Part shown: positions 36,901 through 47,800 of the stretch, in pieces
Layout: every line of letters starts with the position of its first letter
Numbering within the stretch: the first letter of the stretch is position 1
Assembly: GCF_001194135.2 (NCBI RefSeq)
Contig: NC_068991.1
Location: 24,387,810 to 24,437,094 of the forward strand
Length of the DNA: 49,285 nucleotides
Direction of reading: 5' to 3'
DNA from: Octopus bimaculoides
Lineage: Eukaryota
Translations under genes and position numbers: made by a program
Notes under the pieces: generated by a model
The model's database searches: none
The model's input: the letters and a program-made list of their open reading frames with translations, nothing else
What the model was told of the DNA's origin: nothing

Positions 36901-38035
36901 TACCTGTGTTGCCTGGTTGATTATACCATCCCATACTTGATTGGGTAACAACATATACCTTTCTATCAAATGATCCTGGGGAACTTGGTCTATTTGTGCA
37001 CTAATCATTAATCCAACAGCTTCATAAAATGTATGAACCTAGAAAAACATTAAGATTAGTATGAAAAATAATATTAATGACATCTTTTGAGCTATCTTGC
37101 TAAATATATTATTAGCCATATATCCAAACATATCCCCTGCTCTATTTACCTGGCAGCACAACATATGAGAACAATCACTGAATGTCAAATAGTAAGGCAG
37201 ATATATAATTAAAAGGTTTACAGAGTTCAGATGGAATTATCTCAAAGCTAGGATAAATTAAATTATTAAAGAGAGACATTAAATTAGTAAAAACTATTGC
37301 ATTTTTGTACTGGTACAGTAGTAAATGGAAACAGTAGTGAGTGTGACCCAAAAAGATTGCATATCTAAACACAATATGCAATGAGATTAAATATTTTAGT
37401 CAAAATATTTTAACACCAGGCCATCCATCCATACAAGTGAGGACGAAAATGTTAAAGTACAACAAAAAAAACTTATTATTAAGGTTAACAGCAATTTGAA
37501 AACTCTAATTTAGGATTGTGAATTTAAGAATTTCAAGTAATACAAATTCATGATTTGATTTATTACAATGTTTCATTTATATGTGTGCATGTGCGTGTGG
37601 TTCCACATAAAAACCACTGGTGATGATGCTGTATAAAAAACACAGGCCATGGTACCACATAAAAAGCACCTAATACACTCTGTAAAGTGGTTGGCATAAG
37701 CAGAACATCCAGCAATAGAAATCAAGCCAAAATAGACTATGGAACCTAGTGCAACTTCTGGCCTTGCCATCTCCTGTCAAACCATCTAATCCATGCCAGT
37801 ATGGAAAATGGACAAAGTTAATAACAATAATCAACACCATCATTATCCACAGGTATGCTGATGCAAACAGGAAAAATACAACACAGAATATGAGTATGTG
37901 TATATTCTTATTAATATTTAGCAGAAGTAACAGAGTGACTCAAGGTCCAAGGGCTTCGTGCATTGGCACTAGTTTGGTAAGTGCCAATGAACAAAACTCT
38001 CAGACTTTGAGTCACTCTATTACTTCTACTAAATA

Positions 38036-38101
<66 letters not shown>

Positions 38102-41100
38102 TATATGCATTAAAAATATATTGACACAATCCAAAAGGTGTAATTACCTGCTGAGGCTGAAGGTCACAAATTATAGTATTGATAGTGGCTAAGATTTCCT
38201 CAATAAATGGCATAACTTCTCCAACTTGAACTTGAACAAAATGGCGGCGACATTTTTGAGCTATCTTAATAAATGTATCACAAGCCATATCCTGTACACC
38301 ATCATGTGTTTCTAGAAAGAGAAATTATTACAGTTGTAAAAATTAGAAAAATGATACTTTCTTACAAATACATGAGACAAAGAAAAATACTATTGCTATT
38401 AATATTCTAATAACTGAATGAAAAGTTTAAATTTTAAAATTTAAACTTTCAGTCAATGCAATTTTGCTAACCACAGACCAGAAAAAATTATCAATTTTAA
38501 TCTTTTTTCAACAATAACAACATATAAAATTTCATATATTTAAACAGACATACTATTGCCCAAATCAAATTTTTTTACTCTATTTAATAAAAAAAAAAAA
38601 CGAATTTAAATATAATTACCATGCATGAATTCAAACAGCTTATTAACCACTGTTTTTAAAAATTTCCAGTGTGCTCGAAGGAATCGGGGGTACTGTCCAA
38701 CAACATACATGATATTCGATGCAATAATGGCTTTATTGTCTTTGCCTCGTTTTTGTTCACACAATCCCAAGAGATCCTACAGCCACAAGAACAGGAGTCA
38801 GATAATTGCAAACAACTAAATACATAAATATATTAATCATTAGAGGACCAATTACAAATAACAAAGACTAACCTTGATTACAGTAACCAAAAACCGTTTC
38901 TCATCATCCTCATACATAGCACCACTAATTGAACCAATAGCCCAACAAAGCTGTAATAAAAAAACATTTATTTAATATTCATAAATATACAAAACACAGG
39001 TAGAGTATTGATATGAGGAATAAGTAGAGAAAGACTACTGAGTGTGTAAAAGGGAGAAAGAGGAGAGCATATCATGCACAGAAGACAAATCTTATACACA
39101 GAAATATAAGAAATGTATTCAAATATGAATTAGATGCAATGCTAGTGTTGTAAACATTTTCAACCACACATACTCAATGATGTGCTTTGCTTGTTTGCCG
39201 GTCAGCTGCGATTTACCATGGTGAGGATGACTCCCTCAAACTGCCGGGTGTCAAAACACTTGAAAGTCATAAACACCCAGCACTTTGAGGGAGTCATCCC
39301 CACCACACCAAATCACAGTCTACAGGCAAACAAGCAAAGCACATACACTGAGCATATGTGATCGATAGTGTATATAAGAAATATAATCTTCAATTAAGGT
39401 TCTATTCCTTGAATAAAATATAACTACATCAATAAAAACATCACATTAAGTAACTAACCGTATTTAAATTTTTCCATGACCACTCTGAGCCATTTACTTG
39501 ATTGTGAAGCTTGTCAGTCATTATATTCTCTGTATCCACATAATCTAAATGAGTGAGGTAAACTGAAGAAGAAAAAAAATCATAATAGCATAGAAAAATT
39601 AAAAGTGAACTGCATCTATCTATTAAAATCTCTTTGATCATGAATGACCATGGGATTGCACTTAAAAAGTTCCCCTCCAAAGCACAAGTCTCGGCAAGGT
39701 TGTTTATGGAAGACCAGCAGTCACCCATGCATGCCAGCCTCTCCTCTCCATGACACTGATGTTATCCAAGGGAAAGGCAAAGGGGCCGATACAGCTTGGC
39801 ACCGGTGATGTCACAACTCATTCCTACAGCTGAGTGAACTGGAGCAACATGAGATAGTGTCTTGCTCAAGAACACAACACAGCCTGGTCCGAGAATCAAA
39901 CTCACTACCTCATGATTGTAAGCCCGATGCTCTAACTACTAAGCCATGTGCCTTTCTTTCTATCTATCTATCTATATATCACCCTTGTTTTATATTTGCT
40001 TTCCATGCCAACATGGTACACACACACGAAATTGTTGAAACAAGAATTTTATTGTGAGATGTTATCTTATAAGGAAAAGAAAAGCAAAGTTAACATAAGA
40101 GGTGTAACCTGGCTGGAACTAAATATCACAAAGCACTTTCATTTGAACAACTAATTCTGGCATATCTTGCCTCTATACACAGAAATTTCTCTCACTCACA
40201 CTCACAAGCATATATATACAAACAATGTGACCAAACACAGAACCATATTGTTGTAAAGCAAACTTTTTAACCATAATTCATTTGTAACAAATTAAAATGG
40301 CCCAACTACAGACAATGAAACTATTGTTGCAAAAAATACAATCAGTAAACTGATATTGAATTGATAAAAATGAGTGATTAATCATTAACCCTTTACCATT
40401 CATATTACTCTGTTAAATATAATCCTTATTTATTCCCATTCATTATCATCATCATTTAACGTCCATTTTCCATGCTGGCAGGAGTTGGACAGTTTTACGT
40501 GGAGCTGGCTAGCAGGAAGTTGTCCAGACTCCAACTGTCTGTTGTGGCATGGTTTCTATGGTTGGATTCCCACTGTTTTGAATTAATCGTGCATTATCTA
40601 TTTGCAATTGAGATTTTGATGATGTACTTGTTTATTTTTAGTACGACATTATAGGGAAGGTGTGAGAAGCTGAACATGGTCAGTCTGTACATAAAACACA
40701 CATAATACTTGAGCCAGATATGGCTGGTTTAAATGCTAAAGGGTTAAACAAATATATTTAAATGTTAATTATAAATAAAGTGGAAATATAAAAAGATAAC
40801 ACAAAATAAAAAAGAAATATTGTTTCCACACATTGATTACAAGACTACAAATTTGCAGTTAAGAGGATATAATTGATTGAAAATATCCATTACACGATTG
40901 GTATTTTACTTTAAAGATTAAAAACCAAAAATCTTATTCGTATTCAAGCCTCAGAATACTAAGTGACGAAACTAAACATGCAAAATATTAGCTGAATACA
41001 TTTCTGCTACTCCACTTATTTCCAAGTTGTGTAAATAATATAATATAAGTAAAATCAAGATATATCACTAAATAAAAAATATCCTTTAATAGCCACAACC

Positions 41101-44100
41101 AACAAAGTAAAAAACAATATCTCACTTTCATAAAACAAAGTACTTACCTAATGTCTCCCTCATATTCTTGTATAGATTGATGGAGTCGGTGTCCTTCATA
41201 AACTCACGAACAACTTCACCCTGTTCATTTTCTACAACAAGCACTTCTTCTGGTTTTGCCATTCGAGAAATCATGACAGCTCGTACCTTAAAATAATAAC
41301 ATAAAACAGCTAAATCCAATGAGTTAATGATCTAGGTAATTGGGATATCTTAATTGAAGATGAATTCTCATACAGATTTCTTAAATGCTGTTCATAGTGT
41401 CAACACTGGAACAGCCCTGGGCAACTTTCTGCTAATGTGTATATCACTGTAACACCACTCACATATATATTTCTAGTAGTACTGATTCTATTTGTTCTGA
41501 TAGACTTGAGCCTAAGTTCGAATCACACTTACTTGTCAAGTACGTCAGCAAAACTGATCTGTGATCTCTAGTTTTCATGACTTTAAATTGCAATGGAATT
41601 TTGCCAGTCAGAAAGCCTAACAAAAGCTGTTAGGTTTTTTTTTTGGGGGGGGGGGGGTCCTACATCGCAGAGATGCACACATGTGTGCAGTGAATTACTT
41701 TAATTTAATTCCTAGTTAGTTGTAGCTTATTTTACTTCAATCGTATACAAAAGCATAAACACAACTATCAAAATTCAATAGTGATGACTGCTTGTTAAAC
41801 AGCTAACTCTGGTTAGAAAAGAATTAAAACCTCTCCAAGTGAAGCTAAAATACTAATGTGGTGATGGATTGGTTTTATAATATTTCAAAGAAAAACAATA
41901 ACTTACTCGGGAGAGCACTGACATATAGAATTGTCTCCTAATGGGTATTTCACCATGAGATCGACCAAACATCAATGGTGTTGAACCTGCTGAAAATGGA
42001 CTTTCGCGATACAAATCAGCTGCCAAAGAATTCCAATATTCCAGGCATACTTTGAATACTTCCACTTCATCCACTTCAGAAATTCGAATCAAGTAATGAT
42101 GAGCCTACAAATTAAACAGTTAAATTTACATTGCAACAAGCAAAATCAATATCAAACAGAATATCCCAACATTATTTAGCCACTTTCAGTCTGATTTCCA
42201 AATAAATTATCATTATCATTATATTAACATCCATTTTTCTATGCTTGCATGGGTTAGACAGAATTTGTTGAGACATATTTTCTAATGTCAGACACCTTTC
42301 CTGTCATTAACTTTCATCTGTTTTCAAACATGTCTAAAGACTGGCAATGAATAACACTGCTTGTATGATGGTGACATACATTTTACAGTTATCATACACT
42401 GTCAAGGTAAGGAGAAACTAACACACACACACACACACAACAGGCTTCCTTCAGTTTCTGTCAACCAAATCTATTTACAATGCTTTGGTCAGTCAGGTGC
42501 ACAGTAGAAGACTCTTGTCCAAAGTGCCATGCAGTGGGACTGAACCCAAAACCATGTGAATAGAAAATAAACTTAACAGACATGTTATTGATATTAAGTT
42601 ATATGCATGTGTAAAAAGCCAATTTCGAGACCAGTATATTTCATTAATCATTAGTTAGTTTGAAATGTAAAAATTAAATGATTTTTGATAAAATTATACA
42701 AATCAAAGACTATGATTCTTTGAAAGAGTACAGTTTTAATTCTTATCGAAATAGAAATTCATTCAAATTCTATTTGTCAGAGAAGATAAGAGGTTTACAA
42801 AAAAAGCAGGATATATCAACTAGTATCATCTATGTAAATCTAAACACAAGATGAACTAAATGTGCTTAAAGATATGTTCCATATATATAAATTCTCAACG
42901 TCATGAATATATAAAATAAAAGACTTAAGTATAAATTATACAGCAAAATAATTTTTACTCACTTGTATCAAAAGATTGTGATACTCATTCTTACGTTCTA
43001 TGAGTAGAACATGTTCTTTTAGGAAGGTGCACAAAAATAAACTAAGATTTTGAATGAAATTTTGTTCATCATCAGTCCCTTTCCTATAAGCATCTTTGAT
43101 AACTGTGTCTAAGGGCAACATCTGCAAAATATAATACACTTTACTTAAGCACAGAAATTTAATTATAAACTCTAGACACTTATATTTTGGCAAATATAAG
43201 TTAAAATAAATGAAATCAAAAGATCTGGTTCTTAAGTATATTATAAGATTTAAGAGTGAATAATATAAAGACTTAAATAAATAACTTGTAAAATACCTGT
43301 TTTAACTGTTCCATGGTTATTGTAAATAGCTGTGTAACTTGATCATCATATTGGGAAACTTGTACAGCAGCTAGAGAACACAAAATTTATTTTTAAATTA
43401 CCAATGTTCACATAGATATTGGTAACCTTTTAGCATCTTGATGTCAATACACATGAAGAATCTGAATTGTAGTTTGGTTAAATTCAAATTCTATATTAAA
43501 ACATGTAATTTAAGTGTGGGTCAATCTCTCAGTAAAATGTTTTCCACACTTTGTTACATAAGAGTTCATAATTCAAAACTCACATCACAAACATTATGCT
43601 AAAGTTTACTGCTTGATTTAAAGCAACATGGTTGTACTCTGGATATAAATCTGATAATTTAACATATTTTAAGTATTATCTAATTTGTACAGAACTTCTG
43701 GTTTTACAAAAAAGCAATTCAAATTCTTACAAAAGAGTATTTCAGGAATAAGTAGAGATATAGGAGGTGAACATACCTATTTCTGTAAGACACTTCAGAG
43801 TTACATTTCGGAACATTGGTACATTCAAGAACTATATTTAAAAAAAAAAATATTTAAAATATAACAATGAGTGTTCAATAAATTAATGGAATAAATAATA
43901 TTCTCTCTTCTTCTTGGCATTTCCTCATTGTCAGACGTTTCCAAAGTTTTGTTTTCAATGTCTCCATTTCCATAAATCTGCTTCCCAAGGTTTGAAATGA
44001 ATCAGTAATTACAAAATCTGAATAGATGAGTCTAGTCCCAGAAGTCAATGACAAGCTCTTTCCTTGCTTAGGTTACTGAACATGATCTATAGTAACAGCT

Positions 44101-47046
44101 GTTTCTCTGTACAGCTACATATTCCTAGTTGTTAGGCTAGATGTCAAGTAAGGCATCAATATTTCAGGTGTCCAGCATATTGGAATGTAAATAATTATAA
44201 GAAATAAAACCTCTTCCCAACTCTATTAATTAATGTATTAGTCAGGAAATCATTTAGTGTTTGAAGTTGGTAACAAACACTAGAACACCTCGAGGACATT
44301 TCAAACTCATTTCAACACACATAGTCAAAGTACAAGACAAATGAAATTTGACACTTTTCTATTTACAAATAGAAATGCTGATAGGACAATGCATTAGGTT
44401 ACTTAAAGGTCAAGATAATGAACAACTCACTAAAGTTTAATAACATTAACCCTTTAACATTCAGATTTTTCTTTCAAATGTGAAGCTTATTTATTCACAT
44501 TAGTTTGAATTATCTTGTATGCATTATCGCATAGCTTTGAGAGTTCAATGATGTGATTGTTGCATTTTTAGAATGACAATGTAGGGTAGGTGTGAGAGAT
44601 CAGATCTGGATGGTTTTAACATAAAACAAATAAAATATATTTGGGCCAGATATGGCCGGTTTAATTGTTGAAATGTTTTAAAATGATAACATTCATAATG
44701 TGCCTTATGAGAGAGGAGGAAAAGCAACACCAATGACTGTTGGCTTGCCCAGGCAGTTAGGAATAAGGTGGTTATGTTTGGTTCTAAATTCTGTAGTTTG
44801 ATGCCTATAGGGAAAATGTAGATTGAGGAAGAATTTCAGAAAACAGCAACTTCAAGAGAAATGAATAGCTACGTAATTAGTGTGTGGTTTGTAGGGGTAA
44901 GAAACAAGAATAATGAAAGAAAAGATATGTGGGATGGGTTAATAGTGGTGTGCAGCTTCTTGGAACAAAAGACATTTTAACAGTTAAGAGGCAAAGAGAA
45001 ACAGATTATCAAGACTGAAGTACATACTGGTACTGAAGAGGAAGCTTAGTTCCCGAGGTGTGTGTGTGTGCACGCACGTGTATGGTCATATATATATATA
45101 AGGGCTTCATGGAAGCAATGACATATGACCGAGACCTTTCGCAATATGCCATGCTTGAGAAGAAGACCCAATGTAAAATTGTAGTCATGTAAAATTGTAG
45201 TCATGGTGGATACTGGTATCATGCAACTGGCACATAAAAAGCACCCATTACACTCTCGGAGTAGAAACCATGCCAAATATTAAGCTCTAGAAACCATGCC
45301 AAATCAGACCGGAGTCTGGTGCAGCCCCTCAGCTTTCCAGCCCTGGTCAGTATGGACAATTGATGGTGATGATGTCACTGCAATAGGTCATCAGAGATTG
45401 AGAACAAGCATTTGTAATGGCTTTCATGGTTTAGTTGTGTTGTTCATGCATCTGAAAGTTGCAGGGCATGATTTTTTTTCTTTGAAATGTATTGCTTTTT
45501 TGGTGACAAGGAGCAAAACAAGATTCAAAGTTTGTTTCACAATTATTTACAAGAAAGAAAAGAAAAAAATGCACTTACTTTACAGATTAATGTAGTAATG
45601 AGTTTAGTTTCGAAGATGTATCCTAAGGGAATCCAGTTTAGAAACCTCAGCAGTGTTTCAAGATTGGAGCCAACTAAGGGAGCATTTTGTGAATTATCCT
45701 ATTTTGGAAAAGGATTAAATAACATAAACATACAATTTATTCAAACAATTCATATACAAATATTCAAATTTCTAGAACCATCTTATGCTAGTGTGTAAAA
45801 TAAATGTAAAATTACAGTAACAGCGTATAAAAATTGAGTAAATTCTTCCAAGCTTTAAACGATTTTAAAATATGAAAGATGAAATTATAAACTAAACACG
45901 ATAATGGTTCAACTGAGATTATTGATTATCAGTTCAACTAGATTATTCAGTGGTAGATGTCTATAAAATTACCTGCATTTGTTTATAAAACAAATGTTTA
46001 TAATATAGAACAATTCTGTTGGCAATGACTTGAAAAAAAGATATTAATTGTATATTTAAAAAAGAAAAATCACAACACATACCATCACAAACTGACAGAG
46101 TTGAAAGATCTGTGAAAATTCACTACACATACTGTCCTTGAGATGTTTAGCCTTTGCTTGGGTCATTTGACCACTGGAAAAGTCAAATACCTCTTCACTG
46201 AAAAAAAAAACACAAGTTTATACAAGCATACTAGCCATGCCATGATTAAACTTTCTTTTTGGTCTCAGACAATATAACCATCCTTTAATATAGTAGGGCC
46301 TGATTTGAGGGAATGCTATTTCTAGCATGTTAAGTGGCCATATGAAAGGCCCCTTCATTGGTGTGACAAACAGACTGTAGAAAACAATATAAGACGTTAA
46401 ATCATAAAATAATATGATTAAGCTAAAAAAGAGGACAAGAAAAAAGTAAATAGTAAACAATACTAACCTCAATAATTTCAAAATAGTCATATTATTTTGG
46501 CACAATGACTCATTTGTCTTGCTGGCACCAACAATATCACTAATGAAAGATGGCCAGTTCCTTGGCCATTCATATTTTAAAATCTAGTAAAATAAATAAC
46601 AAAAATATTTTTTTAAAATTATAAACTGATACTGATTATAAAATTATTAGAAATTTATATAAACACACACACACAAATACTTTGTATTAACTATATAATT
46701 AATTTGCTTCTGAATCAATTATATTTAAGTATTAATTATATAATTAATGCTTAATTATATAATTAATAAGTCATAACATCTCTTAAACTGCCTCAGAAAT
46801 TCTTATATAAATGCAAATAAAACTTTTAAATATTTCATGTGAACAATATTAATTTGATTAAATTAGGAAATAATTTTCACAGTTGTTAATTTGCCCCACC
46901 TAATGTGGGGACACCTGACAACACTTTCAACTGACTCACCTGAACTAAAATCATGTTTAATTTTCCCAAATACACTTTTTCTTTCTCCAAAAGTTGCTGC
47001 TCAGATGAGGTCTTGATAATTAAACCAACAATGTACTTTTTAATAC
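24874..47046 (-). CDS. XPO1: Exportin-1 (CRM1), 23 coding exons in the window, 5'-incomplete (about the first 100 aa missing)
   Basis: Hand-spliced exons total 2918 nt. All introns are GT-AG with consistent phases and there are no internal stops. The product runs [11 protein letters not shown]...[24 protein letters not shown]...[10 protein letters not shown] and is recognisably colinear with metazoan CRM1. Confidence 0.98.
25501..25597 (-). CDS. XPO1: XPO1 exon 22: [32 protein letters not shown]
   Basis: 97 nt, GTAAGT donor. Confidence 0.95.
26599..26761 (-). CDS. XPO1: XPO1 exon 21: (G)[20 protein letters not shown]...[10 protein letters not shown](E)
   Basis: 163 nt, GTAAGT donor. Confidence 0.94.
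27705..27945 (-). mobile_element. SINE/LINE-tail repeat, (TGA)n-tail family, intronic
   Basis: TTTAATGTCCGTTTTCCAAGC...CAGCTGGATGCCCTTCCTAACGGC; matches 49046-49285. Confidence 0.8.
28124..28351 (-). CDS. XPO1: XPO1 exon 20: (A)[31 protein letters not shown]...[12 protein letters not shown]
   Basis: 228 nt, GTAAGT donor. Confidence 0.96.
28872..28947 (-). CDS. XPO1: XPO1 exon 19: [25 protein letters not shown]
   Basis: 76 nt, GTAAGA donor. Confidence 0.95.
29540..29770 (-). mobile_element. Degraded CORE-like SINE, intronic
   Basis: TTCAGTTTCCGTCTACGAAATTCACTC...GGCTTTGGTC is the reverse complement of the family 3' body. Confidence 0.65.
29925..30240 (-). mobile_element. SINE/LINE-tail repeat, (TGA)n-tail family, intronic
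   Basis: ATCATCATCATTTAACATCCATCTTCCATGC...CAGCTGGATGCCCTTCC. Confidence 0.78.
31394..31465 (-). CDS. XPO1: XPO1 exon 18: [24 protein letters not shown]
   Basis: 72 nt, GTTTGT donor. Confidence 0.94.
32675..32797 (-). CDS. XPO1: XPO1 exon 17: [41 protein letters not shown]
   Basis: 123 nt. Confidence 0.96.
33520..33780 (+). mobile_element. SINE/LINE-tail repeat, (TGA)n-tail family, intronic
   Basis: Ends ...CATGCATGGAAGATGGATGTATGATGATGAT. Close similarity to 29925-30240 in the opposite orientation. Confidence 0.78.
34278..34504 (-). mobile_element. Young full-length tRNA-derived SINE in an XPO1 intron
   Basis: Minus strand GGCGAGCTGGCAGAAACGTTAGCATGCCGGGCG...GAGTTCAAATTCC (B box)...GGGGTCGATTAAATAAGTACCAGT...TAGTAAAGAAATA. 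15-bp TSD CATTGAAATAAATGT (34263-34277 / 34505-34519). Confidence 0.92.
34907..35092 (-). CDS. XPO1: XPO1 exon 16: [23 protein letters not shown]...[20 protein letters not shown]
   Basis: 186 nt. Confidence 0.96.
35290..35450 (+). mobile_element. Degraded CORE-like SINE
   Basis: CCCACTGCATGGCACCTTGAGCAAGTGTCTTCTACT...GACCAATGGCTTGTAAGTGGA. Confidence 0.7.
35721..36532 (+). mobile_element. Internally deleted mariner element, intronic
   Basis: TA-flanked TIRs TGACGTGCATTCCAGAAGT / ACTTCTGGAATGCACTTTG. Transposase remnants [18 protein letters not shown] and [16 protein letters not shown]. Confidence 0.85.
36559..36663 (-). CDS. XPO1: XPO1 exon 15: [35 protein letters not shown]
   Basis: 105 nt, GTTGGT donor. 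Confidence 0.95.
36904..37038 (-). CDS. XPO1: XPO1 exon 14: [45 protein letters not shown]
   Basis: 135 nt. Confidence 0.95.
37615..37830 (+). mobile_element. Degraded SINE/LINE-tail repeat
   Basis: TAAAAAGCACC...CTGTAAAGTGGTTGGCATAAGCAGAACATCCAGC...CCATGCCAGTATGGAAAATGGAC. Confidence 0.68.
37910..38040. repeat. 131-bp intronic inverted repeat (hairpin, MITE-like)
   Basis: ATTAATATTTAGCAGAAGTAACAGAGTGACTCAA pairs with TTGAGTCACTCTATTACTTCTACTAAATATTAAT (2 mismatches). Inner CATTGGCACT / AGTGCCAATG. Confidence 0.9.
38148..38311 (-). CDS. XPO1: XPO1 exon 13: (E)[54 protein letters not shown]
   Basis: 164 nt. Confidence 0.96.
38620..38776 (-). CDS. XPO1: XPO1 exon 12: [52 protein letters not shown] (NES-binding groove)
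   Basis: 157 nt. The Cys528-equivalent codon TGT is at 38759-38761. Confidence 0.97.
38873..38950 (-). CDS. XPO1: XPO1 exon 11: [26 protein letters not shown]
   Basis: 78 nt, GTTAGT donor. Confidence 0.95.
39167..39360. repeat. About 194-bp intronic inverted repeat (hairpin, MITE-like)
   Basis: ATGTGCTTTGCTTGTTTGCC / GGCAAACAAGCAAAGCACAT (20/20). GGATGACTCCCTCAAA / TTTGAGGGAGTCATCC (16/16). GGGTG / CACCC inner stem. Confidence 0.92.
39459..39562 (-). CDS. XPO1: XPO1 exon 10: (V)[34 protein letters not shown]
   Basis: 104 nt, GTTAGT donor. Confidence 0.95.
39640..39955 (-). mobile_element. tRNA-derived SINE, intronic
   Basis: Minus-strand head GGCACATGGCTTAGTAGTTAGAGCATCGGGCTTACAATCATGAGGTAGTGAGTTTGATTCTC (A and B boxes), then TTGAGCAAGACAC. 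Confidence 0.8.
40389..40743. mobile_element. piggyBac-like MITE with a nested SINE fragment (about 40440-40570)
   Basis: TTAA-CCCTTTA ... TAAAGGG-TTAA termini. The shared CCAGATATGGCTGGTTTAAATGC block recurs near 33940, 34700 and 44650. Confidence 0.75.
41148..41286 (-). CDS. XPO1: XPO1 exon 9: [46 protein letters not shown] (HEAT9 acidic loop)
   Basis: 139 nt, GTAAGT donor. Confidence 0.96.
41907..42104 (-). CDS. XPO1: XPO1 exon 8: [37 protein letters not shown]...MSVLSR
   Basis: 198 nt, GTAAGT donor. Confidence 0.95.
42963..43121 (-). CDS. XPO1: XPO1 exon 7: [37 protein letters not shown]...LLIQ
   Basis: 159 nt, GTGAGT donor. Confidence 0.95.
43297..43370 (-). CDS. XPO1: XPO1 exon 6: (A)[24 protein letters not shown]
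   Basis: 74 nt, phases match both neighbours. Confidence 0.92.
43777..43831 (-). CDS. XPO1: XPO1 exon 5: [18 protein letters not shown]
   Basis: 55 nt, GTATGT donor. Confidence 0.94.
44450..44675. mobile_element. piggyBac-like MITE, one end degraded
   Basis: TTAA-CCCTTTAACATTCAGA left end. Body similar to 40389-40743. Confidence 0.65.
45200..45375 (+). mobile_element. SINE/LINE-tail repeat, (TGA)n-tail family
   Basis: TAAAAAGCACCCATTACACTCTCGGAG...TAGAAACCATGCCAAATCAGACCGGAGTCTGGTGCAGCC. Confidence 0.72.
45579..45698 (-). CDS. XPO1: XPO1 exon 4: [40 protein letters not shown]
   Basis: 120 nt, GTAAGT donor. Confidence 0.95.
46083..46197 (-). CDS. XPO1: XPO1 exon 3: [38 protein letters not shown]
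   Basis: 115 nt, GTATGT donor. Confidence 0.95.
46468..46583 (-). CDS. XPO1: XPO1 exon 2: [38 protein letters not shown](S)
   Basis: 116 nt, GTTAGT donor. Confidence 0.95.
46940..47046 (-). CDS. XPO1: XPO1 exon 1 of 23 in window: (G)[35 protein letters not shown]
   Basis: 107 nt, AG acceptor, GTGAGT donor. Confidence 0.95.
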
Positions 47047-47569
47047 CTAAATAAAAACAAACAAATCATATTAAATCCTCATCTAATTATTTTCATTCAA
47101 AAAGTATAATCTGTCTGACAAAAAGAGAAATTTTTGTAATCTTTCCATGCTTATGAACAGCACCCATCACTTTTTTTACTTTTTTCTCTTTAACTCCTTA
47201 TGAAAAACAGAAAAACCCAAAATACAGCAAACATCAGTAATCATCAAGCAATCTCAACATCCTTCTCTCATAAGTCTCTAATGAGAGATACAGTTTTATT
47301 TATCTAATTAGTCAGGAGAGGCAGTGCTCATAACCTACTGATAAGAGTTCATTCTGAACCTCTCTAAGGTCTGCAAAAAAAAAATATGAGTGCTGAAGAC
47401 ATTTGAAGGAGTTGCAATTCTAGGGAGAAGTTAGGCAGTGTTTAAGATTTGAGGTGAGATACAGTTAAAACTGAACAGAGAGTATATGTATTTAGTTAGC
47501 TAAGAGAAGCAAAAAAATCACTATAGTAATGATAAAAGAGGCAAAAAAAAGAAACAGGATCTCATACTA

Positions 47570-47800
47570 ATTAAGTGGATAATTAAGATATCGTCATCAT
47601 AATAAAGGGGTTTAATGTCCAAGTCGAGAAATACTGGAACAAATTCATTGGTATCAAAAGAAGACTATAACCATGGCTTAAAGAACAAGGGTATCATATT
47701 CCTGACAGTGCAAATAAATTGAATATATATTAAACAATTCACATGAAACCAGATTGTCAGGGAGTTACTTGTCCAACAGGTGAGATAAAGAACCAAATCA
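47570..47800 (+). mobile_element. Possible LINE apurinic-endonuclease remnant
   Basis: DIVIIIKGFNVQVEK resembles the IIxGDFNAxVG motif. Heavily degraded. Confidence 0.35.

Noticed and set aside
45032-45058. CTGAAGA-GGAA-GCTTAG-TTCC hairpin
   Set aside because: It is followed by CGAGG rather than GAAA and then a microsatellite; no stems I or III.
24874-47046. Intronic C/D-box snoRNAs in XPO1
   Set aside because: TGATGA hits belong to (TGA)n retroposon tails or exons. I saw no C/D pair with a terminal stem, though a by-eye scan is not exhaustive.
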